Positions 46,374 to 53,805 of a DNA stretch of 53,805 nucleotides are shown piece after piece. Below the pieces are notes generated by a model. The model did not search any database. It saw only the letters and a program-made list of their open reading frames with translations, and was not told where the DNA came from. The DNA is taken from the NCBI GenBank assembly GCA_046724475.1, contig JBKOVK010000039.1, positions 1 to 53,805 of the forward strand. Direction: 5' to 3'. Position 1 is the stretch's first letter. Each line of letters begins with the position of its first letter. The stretch comes from Acidobacteriota bacterium. GTDB taxonomy: Bacteria; Acidobacteriota; Thermoanaerobaculia; UBA5066; Gp7-AA6. Position numbers and translations under genes: made by a program.

Positions 46374-47518
46374 GCGCGCGCGGTCCGCGTCCAGACCGGA
46401 CGGCTGTACCCGGCCAGACCTGCGGCCACGCCGAGCGCGAGGGCCACGTTGAGCACGGCGAAATAATAGATCCTCCCGGCGGCGCCCGGCAGCGTCGGCC
46501 GCGCCCACGCGAGCGCACAGGCGAGCGCCGCCGCGATCCACACCGCGGCTCCCGCCACGCGCAACGCCGGCGAGAAGAGCGCGAGCGTGGCCGCGAGGAG
46601 ACCTACGAGCGGCGCCAGCCACCGCGCGGCCTTGCGCGAGGCGAATGCCAAAGTCAGCAGTGGATGGCGATGCGCGGCGAAGAGCCAGGGTTCGCGGCGC
46701 AAAACCTGTCCGGCGCCGATGCCGATCCGGAACCGGCGCCGCATCTCCGCAGCCACGTCCCGGGCCGCGTCTTCGCGCGCGACCGCGCCGGACGCGAAGA
46801 CCACGCGGCCCCCTCTTCGGGCCGCGCGCACTGGGATGAGAAAGTCGTCCATGGACGTCGTGTCGAGAGGCAGAGGCTCGACCATCGCGCGCCTCGCTGC
46901 GTAGATCGCTCCGTTGGCGCCGACGCAGACTCCCAGCGACCCCTCGGCTTGCTTCATCCGGGTCTCGCGATCCCACAGAGCCGCTTCCGGCGTGCGGTCC
47001 GCCCGAGCGCCTGTCTCGAACAACAGCCGCCCGCACGCGGCGACGATGTCGCCATCGGCCAGAGCCGCGGCGAGAGCGGCGACGGCGCCGGCGTCGAAAC
47101 GCGTGTTGGCGTCAGTGAACACGAGGACATCGGCCTGCGACCCCGCCACGAGGTCGTTCAATACCGCGGCCTTGCCGCGGCGCTCCCCGAACTCCACCAC
47201 GCGCACGGCCGGATTTCCCGCCGCCGCCTCGCGCGCGCGCTCGGCGGTCTTGTCCCGGCATCCGTCGCAGCCGATCGACACGTGAAGATCGGCCGCTCCG
47301 CTCTGGGCCAGGAGATCCGCCACGCGCGCGCCGATGACGGCTTCCTCGTCCGCCGCCGAGACGATCACCTCGACGGAAGGAAGCGGCGCGGGATCGGGCG
47401 ATCGAACGGGGAAGCTCTTCTTCTTCGCCAGCCGCGAGATCAATGGCGGATAGATCGCGTAGGACCAGACGAACAGCGCCAGGGCCAACCCCGCGCAGGC
47501 GATGGCGAGCGCGGTCAT
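46370..47518 (-). CDS. Membrane GT2 glycosyltransferase (processive/cellulose-synthase-like layout)
   Basis: An N-terminal TM helix is followed by a GT2 core (VEVIVSAADEE, KAAVLNDL, VFTDANT), a QxxRW-like region (RRRFRIGIGAGQ) and C-terminal TM helices. Confidence 0.75.
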   Translation of the reverse strand: MTALAIACAGLALALFVWSYAIYPPLISRLAKKKSFPVRSPDPAPLPSVEVIVSAADEEAVIGARVADLLAQSGAADLHVSIGCDGCRDKTAERAREAAAGNPAVRVVEFGERRGKAAVLNDLVAGSQADVLVFTDANTRFDAGAVAALAAALADGDIVAACGRLLFETGARADRTPEAALWDRETRMKQAEGSLGVCVGANGAIYAARRAMVEPLPLDTTSMDDFLIPVRAARRGGRVVFASGAVAREDAARDVAAEMRRRFRIGIGAGQVLRREPWLFAAHRHPLLTLAFASRKAARWLAPLVGLLAATLALFSPALRVAGAAVWIAAALACALAWARPTLPGAAGRIYYFAVLNVALALGVAAGLAGYSRPVWTRTARA

Positions 47519-48699
47519 GACGCGCCGGCGCGCTCGGCCAGCGTGCGCGCGAATCGCGGACCGATCCGCTTCCAATCGTAGAGAGCCTCGACGCGCGCCC
47601 GGGCTTTGACGGCCTGGGTCCTCGCCGCGTCGGGATCGGCGAGCAGGCGAACGACGGCGTCGGCGAAAGCTTCGGGTTCGTCGCGGATCGAGATTTCTTC
47701 CCCGGGGGAAAGCTCGAGGCCTTCGGCGCCTACGGCCGTCGAGACGACAGGGACGCCGCTCGCGGCCGCCTCCAGGATCTTCAGGCGCGAGCCGCCTCCG
47801 GCGAGCAGCGGCACGGCGGCGACAGCCGCGCGAGCCCAGTACGGGCGCGTGTCGCCGCCTTCGCCCAGCAGCCGGAAGTCGCTCGCCGACAAGGCCTGGA
47901 GCCAATCCGGCGCTTCGCGGCCCAGGATCTCCGCGCGCGCCGCCGGGCGCTTCCGCCTGACGGCCGGCCAGACCTTCTCGCGCAGCCAGCGCACGCCTTC
48001 GGCGTTGGGCGGCCAGCTCAGATCTCCGACGAAGAAGACCAGCTCCTCCAGAGGAGCGTTCGAGCGGAACGCATATCGCAAGAGGTCCACGCCGTTAGGG
48101 ACCACGACGGGCTCCGGGCCGCCGGCGGTCTTCAGAACCGCAGCGTCCCGCGCCGACACGCACGAGACTCCGGCCGCGCGGCGCAGAAGCTCTCGTTCGA
48201 AGGCCTCGACGCGCGCCGCCTGGGAGCGCGCGAACGCTCCCGTCAGCGCGGAGCGCGACGTCTCTCCCGTGCGCGCCCAGATCTCCGAGTCGCGGTTGTG
48301 GAAGTCGATCCAGACCGGAGCGCCGGCGGAAAGCGCCGCGGGCGCGACGTGGTAGGAGTGGGCGATGATCCACGCCGGCTTCTCGGCGTCCGCCGCCTCG
48401 GCGACGCGGCGCTCCAGCGCCGGCGAGCGGTAGAGCCACTCGGAGTACGGCTGTCCGGAAACCAGACTTCCGGCGGCCGCCACCGCGCGCCGGACCCGGC
48501 GCGTCGTCTGAAGGATCTCTTCGAGCGATACGCCGGCGGGCGCCTCCCCCGCGTACGGACGCGCGGGGTCTCGCAGCGCAAACGCCCGCACGCGAAACTC
48601 CTCGGCGAGCGCGGTGAGCAGGTGATAGTTGCGGATCGCGAGGCCGTCGCGCGTCGGATTCGGCGGCCGCGACAGGACTGATACGACGACCGGTTTCAT
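47515..48699 (-). CDS. GT4 (GT-B, glycos_transf_1) glycosyltransferase
   Basis: The C-terminal pattern GGSRLKILEAAASGVPVVSTAVGAEG...I matches the EX7E region of GT4 enzymes. The ATG at 48699 overlaps the upstream stop. Confidence 0.8.
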   Translation of the reverse strand: MKPVVVSVLSRPPNPTRDGLAIRNYHLLTALAEEFRVRAFALRDPARPYAGEAPAGVSLEEILQTTRRVRRAVAAAGSLVSGQPYSEWLYRSPALERRVAEAADAEKPAWIIAHSYHVAPAALSAGAPVWIDFHNRDSEIWARTGETSRSALTGAFARSQAARVEAFERELLRRAAGVSCVSARDAAVLKTAGGPEPVVVPNGVDLLRYAFRSNAPLEELVFFVGDLSWPPNAEGVRWLREKVWPAVRRKRPAARAEILGREAPDWLQALSASDFRLLGEGGDTRPYWARAAVAAVPLLAGGGSRLKILEAAASGVPVVSTAVGAEGLELSPGEEISIRDEPEAFADAVVRLLADPDAARTQAVKARARVEALYDWKRIGPRFARTLAERAGAS

Positions 48700-49616
48700 C
48701 GCGCCCGCTCCGAAAGCGCGGCGCGGTACCGCGCGCGGCGGCGGCGTCCGATTTCCCCGGGCGTCGCGAGAGCGGCGGCATACCGCAGAGCCGCCCCCCA
48801 CCACAGCGACGACGCTGCCAGCCACGCGGAAACAGGCCCGTGGTGCTTTCGGACGTAGCGGACGAGCGACGCGTGAAGCTCCCCGAACAGCCGATCTCCA
48901 CCCGACCGGCCGCCTTCGTGGACGGCCTCCGCCGCCGGCTCGAAGCGGAGTCGCCATCCCCGGACCCGCCACCGCGCCATCAGGTCGGTCTCCTCGGCGT
49001 ACAGGAAGAACGACTCGTCGAACCCGCCCTCTTCCTCGAACGCCGAGCGCCGCACCAGGAGAACCGCACCCATCAATGCCTCGACCTCCCGCGCGGTGTC
49101 GTGGTCCTGGCGCGTGGCGGAGTGGCCGCCGAACGGCTCCCGCCCTCCGAAGATGTAAGCGAGGCCCGAGCTCTCGCAAAAGATCCGCCACGGCGTAGGA
49201 AGCCGGCGGATGGACGCCTGGAGCGTGCCGTCGGGGTTGCGCAGCCGCGGCCCGACCGCTGCCGCCTTCGGATCCGAGTCGAGCGCCGCTTCGAGGGCCT
49301 CGATCGCCCCCGTACTCACGTACGCGTCCGAGTTGAGGAAGAGCAGGTAAGGCCGCGCGCTCTCCCGGGCGCCGCGGTTGCAGGCCGCGCCGAAACCGCG
49401 GTTTTCGGGCTCGCGAAGGACCCGCGTCCCCGGCGACTCTTTGCGGAGCCGCTCGCCGGCGTCGTCCCCCGAGGCGTTGTCCACCACGATCGTTTCGGCG
49501 GCCGGCGCCGTCTCTTCGACCGCGCGCACCGCGCGCAGGGTCTCGTCGGGGGTTCGGTAGTGGACGACGACGGCGGAGGTCCGTCCGCCGGGAGGGTCCG
49601 AGGCCGCAGTCACCAC
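48696..49616 (-). CDS. GT2 glycosyltransferase (rhamnosyltransferase-like)
   Basis: It has SAVVVHYRTPDET, IVVDNASGDD, ENRGFGAACNRG, FLNSDA and FFLYAEETDL. GTG 49616 is chosen as the start (two adjacent GTG codons, with TATACT 7 nt upstream). Confidence 0.8.
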   Translation of the reverse strand: MVTAASDPPGGRTSAVVVHYRTPDETLRAVRAVEETAPAAETIVVDNASGDDAGERLRKESPGTRVLREPENRGFGAACNRGARESARPYLLFLNSDAYVSTGAIEALEAALDSDPKAAAVGPRLRNPDGTLQASIRRLPTPWRIFCESSGLAYIFGGREPFGGHSATRQDHDTAREVEALMGAVLLVRRSAFEEEGGFDESFFLYAEETDLMARWRVRGWRLRFEPAAEAVHEGGRSGGDRLFGELHASLVRYVRKHHGPVSAWLAASSLWWGAALRYAAALATPGEIGRRRRARYRAALSERAR

Positions 49617-49623
49617 TGAGGGC

Positions 49624-49657
49624 AGTATACGGACGCTTCGAGACTGCGGTGTATAAG
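49624..49657. promoter_or_regulatory. Divergent -10-like elements between the GT2 operon and ypfJ
   Basis: TATACT on the minus strand (49629-49624) lies 7 nt from GTG 49616. TATAAG (49652-49657) lies 7 nt from ATG 49665, and this one also overlaps an AAGGAG Shine-Dalgarno-like sequence. Confidence 0.3.
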
Positions 49658-49664
49658 GAGCGCC

Positions 49665-50528
49665 ATGGACTGGCTCGGACGGCGCGAGAGCGATCAGATC
49701 GAGGATCGAAGGGGGATGCCGGGCGGCCGCGTCGGAGTGGTCGGCTGCGGCACGGTGATCGTGGCACTGCTGATCGGCTGGCTCACGGGCACGAACCCGC
49801 TGCGGATTCTGCAGCTTCTGACGGACTCGACGGGCTCGAGCACGACCACGTCGGCGCCGCCTCCGGGCCCACCGGGACAATCGCAGTCCCAGGAGGACCC
49901 GGGGCGGAAGTTCGTCGGTGTCGTCCTCGCCGACACCGAGGATACGTGGAGCGAGATCTTCCAGTCCGAGGGCCGCACCTACCAGAAGCCGCGCCTCGTG
50001 CTCTTCACGGGCGCGACGCAGACGGGCTGCGGCTTCGGCTCGGCGGCGACGGGACCGTTCTACTGCCCCAACGACAGCACGGTCTACCTGGACCTCTCGT
50101 TCTTCGAGGAGCTCCGCCGGCTCGGAGCGCCGGGAGAATTCGCGCAGGCCTACGTCATCGCGCACGAGATCGGTCATCACGTGCAGAACCTCATGGGAAT
50201 CGAAAGCAAGGTGAGCGCCCTGCGCGAACGCGTCTCCGAAGCCGACGGCAACCAGCTCTCGGTGCGGCTGGAGCTGCAGGCCGACTGCCTGGCGGGCGTC
50301 TGGGGCCATCACGGGGCGCAGCGCGGCCTGGTCCAGCCGGGCGACGCGGAAGAGGGATTGCGAGCCGCGGCGGCGATCGGCGACGACCGTCTGCAGCGGA
50401 TGTCGCGCGGCTACGTCGCACCCGAGTCCTGGACGCATGGCTCCTCGCAACAGCGCGTCGAATGGCTGCGGCGAGGGCTCCAGTCCGGCAGCGCGAACGT
50501 CTGCGACACCTTCGCGGGCATTCGCTAA
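49665..50528 (+). CDS. ypfJ: YpfJ-family neutral zinc metallopeptidase
   Basis: It has an N-terminal TM helix, GPFYCPNDSTVYLDLSFF, the HExxH site AHEIGHHVQ and QADCLAGVW. Confidence 0.85.
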   Translation: MDWLGRRESDQIEDRRGMPGGRVGVVGCGTVIVALLIGWLTGTNPLRILQLLTDSTGSSTTTSAPPPGPPGQSQSQEDPGRKFVGVVLADTEDTWSEIFQSEGRTYQKPRLVLFTGATQTGCGFGSAATGPFYCPNDSTVYLDLSFFEELRRLGAPGEFAQAYVIAHEIGHHVQNLMGIESKVSALRERVSEADGNQLSVRLELQADCLAGVWGHHGAQRGLVQPGDAEEGLRAAAAIGDDRLQRMSRGYVAPESWTHGSSQQRVEWLRRGLQSGSANVCDTFAGIR

Positions 50529-50557
50529 AAGAAAAGGCCCCGGCTTTCGCCGGGGCC
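50529..50557 (-). terminator. Intrinsic terminator of groESL
   Basis: GGCCCCGGC (50536-50544), a TTTC loop, then GCCGGGGCC (50549-50557). On the minus strand the stem is followed by UUUUCUUUU (complement of 50527-50535). It lies between the convergent ypfJ and groEL genes. Confidence 0.8.
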
Positions 50558-50582
50558 AGAGAATCCCGGGGATCCGAAGCTC

Positions 50583-52238
<1,656 letters not shown>

Positions 52239-52529
52239 TTACTTCTCGATGACGGCGAGGACTTCATCCTCGCGGAGGATGAGGTGCTCCACATCCTCGA
52301 TCTTGATTTCGGTTCCGGCGTACTTGCCGATGAGGATGCGGTCGCCCTTCTTGACGTCCAGGGGAAGCTGCTTGCCTTCCTCGTTGATCTTTCCCTTGCC
52401 GACGGCGACGACCTCCGCTTCCATCGGATACTCCTTGGCGGTATCCGGGATGATGATGCCGCCCTTCTTCATCTCGCCGGTCTCGAGGCGCTTGACCAGG
52501 ATCCGATCGTAAAGTGGCCGAATCTTCAT
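52239..52529 (-). CDS. groS: Co-chaperonin GroES
   Basis: 96 aa ([16 protein letters not shown]...[11 protein letters not shown]). A GGAGGAG Shine-Dalgarno sequence lies upstream and groEL lies 12 nt downstream. Confidence 0.97.
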   Translation of the reverse strand: MKIRPLYDRILVKRLETGEMKKGGIIIPDTAKEYPMEAEVVAVGKGKINEEGKQLPLDVKKGDRILIGKYAGTEIKIEDVEHLILREDEVLAVIEK

Positions 52530-52600
52530 GAAACTCCTCCTCTAGAGTTGACGAACCGTTTTGGTGCCCCGGTTTTCGGGTGTCGGGGCGGAGGCGGATA

Positions 52601-52627
52601 TTAGCACTCATCCGAGACGAGTGCTAG
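52601..52627 (-). promoter_or_regulatory. CIRCE operator (HrcA binding site) upstream of groES
   Basis: TTAGCACTC-N9-GAGTGCTAG matches the CIRCE consensus TTAGCACTC-N9-GAGTGCTAA at 17 of 18 positions. It lies about 70 nt upstream of the groES start. Confidence 0.9.
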
Positions 52628-52699
52628 CAACTATCAGGCGCGTCTCGAGATGCCATCCGTAAGTAATTGATATACATATAGTTCAATGGCCCGATCGAT

Positions 52700-53805
52700 A
52701 TGGTGACGAAAGCCGGGATCGTCGCGGGATCCCTCCTGATCTATGCGGCGACGGCGGCGCTGTGCTTCTGGCTGGTCCGCCGCTGGATCCGAGAAGTCCG
52801 GCCACTCGTCGCGATCCTGATCGCGCTCGCGCCGCTCCTCTTCACGGGAAAGGCGACGGTGACCGGCGGCGTCTACGCGCCTCTCGACATCCTCTATCTC
52901 GGCGAGCCGTTCACGTCGATTCGCGACAGCACCGGAATGACGACGGTCCAGAGTCCTCTGTTGTCGGACGTCGTCGCGTCGATGATTCCGTGGCAGAAGG
53001 CCCTCCGCTACTCCGTCAAGAACGGACGGTTTCCGCTGTGGAACCCTCTCATCCTCGGAGGAGAGCCCCTGCTCGCCGTGCAGCAGTCGGGAGCGCTCCA
53101 CCCCGCAACCTGGGCGAGCTTCCTCCTACCCCTCGGGCAGGGGTGGACGCTCCAGATGAGCCTTCGGCTCTTTCTCGCGATTCTCGCGGGCTACCTTTTC
53201 CTTCGCGAGCTCGGATGCCGCGACATCGCCGCGCTGTGCGGCGCGCTCGGCTGGGGATTCTCCGACTTCTTCGTCTTCTGGCTGGGCTATCCGGTGTCCA
53301 ATGCGCTCGGCCCGTTTCCATTGCTTCTGCTGGGCCTCGACCGTCTCGCGCGCTCTCCCGGCGCCCGATCCACGGCGCTGACCGCAGGGGCCCTCGTCCT
53401 CATCGCGTTGGCCGGCCACCCCGAGACGCTGCTCTTCTCGGTCGCGGGCGCAGGCGTGTATTTTCTCTTCGCTCTCGCCCAGTCCGCGCGCGGACAGCGC
53501 ATGCGCGCGATCGGCCTGTCAGCGGCCGCGGGCGTGCTGGCCCTGGGCCTGACGGCCGTGCAGCTTCTCCCCCTCGCCGAGATCCTGCCGCAGACCTGGG
53601 AGCACGCGATCCGCAAGGAGTACTACGCACACCTGCCGAAGTCCGTCCCGCCGGTCGAGAGCCTCCGCCGTTCGGCTGTCAGTCTGCTTCCGTACACCCA
53701 GGGAGCGCCCGGCGCGGTTCTGCCGGGTGGTCAATTCGGCAGGGCCGGCGGGTACGCAGGCGCCCTCCTTCTCCCTCTGGCGGTCTGCGGTGTCGCCTCG
53801 AAGAG
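52700..53805 (+). CDS. YfhO-like polytopic membrane protein (putative GT-C glycosyltransferase), 3'-truncated by window edge
   Basis: It is absent from the ORF track because it has no stop in the window. My manual translation from ATG 52700 gives an uninterrupted multi-TM protein (MVTKAGIVAGSLLIYAATAALCFWL...DVVASMIPWQKALRYSVKNGRFPLWNPLILGGEPLLA...), which resembles the YfhO N-terminal region. Confidence 0.6.
   Translation, partial: MVTKAGIVAGSLLIYAATAALCFWLVRRWIREVRPLVAILIALAPLLFTGKATVTGGVYAPLDILYLGEPFTSIRDSTGMTTVQSPLLSDVVASMIPWQKALRYSVKNGRFPLWNPLILGGEPLLAVQQSGALHPATWASFLLPLGQGWTLQMSLRLFLAILAGYLFLRELGCRDIAALCGALGWGFSDFFVFWLGYPVSNALGPFPLLLLGLDRLARSPGARSTALTAGALVLIALAGHPETLLFSVAGAGVYFLFALAQSARGQRMRAIGLSAAAGVLALGLTAVQLLPLAEILPQTWEHAIRKEYYAHLPKSVPPVESLRRSAVSLLPYTQGAPGAVLPGGQFGRAGGYAGALLLPLAVCGVASK

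Overview
This is a 53.8 kb, very GC-rich window (roughly 70% by eye) that is almost entirely coding. I call 46 protein genes, two of them cut by the window edges, arranged in tight and often start/stop-overlapping operons. I found no rRNA, tRNA, CRISPR array, transposase, integrase or phage gene, so it reads as chromosomal backbone of a Gram-negative-type bacterium. The gene content (CRTAC1/ASPIC, GldG/DUF4340, Mla) suggests an Acidobacteriota/Gemmatimonadota-like lineage, but that is inference only.

Gene content by coordinate:
- 1-12.4 kb: two convergent operons rich in extracytoplasmic proteins. They hold a 5-TM pentaheme cytochrome fused to TPR repeats, three CRTAC1/ASPIC FG-GAP propeller paralogs, a Cys-rich membrane protein, two GNATs and a rhomboid protease.
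- 12.4-14.8 kb: macro domain protein, Mrp/ApbC and PlsC.
- 14.9-20.9 kb: MlaEFD fused in one operon with three UDP-sugar enzymes (UDP-GlcA 4-epimerase-like, Ugd, UDP-xylose synthase).
- 20.9-22.3 kb: ferredoxin, a monoheme cytochrome c and a LON-N domain protein.
- 22.4-25.9 kb: an AAA+ ATPase with a small membrane-anchored protein, divergent from a 479-aa pentapeptide-repeat protein.
- 25.9-32.7 kb: two divergent ABC-2 cassettes (GldA/F/G-like plus DUF4340; ATPase plus membrane protein plus thioredoxin).
- 32.7-42.1 kb: DUF4097-like protein, a large propeller-sensor diguanylate cyclase, UvrA and PBP1A.
- 42.1-49.6 kb: a glycan locus with a Wzy_C-like ligase, a priming transferase and four glycosyltransferases.
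- 49.7-53.8 kb: YpfJ, groES-groEL with a CIRCE operator, and a 3'-truncated YfhO-like membrane protein.

Items most worth a second look:
1. The uncharacterised cytochrome-TPR / CRTAC1 / GNAT / rhomboid gene set.
2. A nested three-hairpin element of about 155 nt in the only sizeable non-coding gap (44052-44206).
3. A -10-like hexamer sits 6-11 nt upstream of the start codon at 12 first-in-operon starts, suggesting leaderless or near-leaderless mRNAs.
4. The ORF downstream of the AAA+ ATPase lies in frame after its TAA. It lacks a canonical start for its TM helix and has no stop before it runs antisense through two good genes.
5. A perfect 12-bp GC hairpin embedded in frame in the cytochrome gene.

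Note that the supplied ORF track translates GTG and TTG starts as M. Many long ORFs in it are GC-driven antisense shadows.
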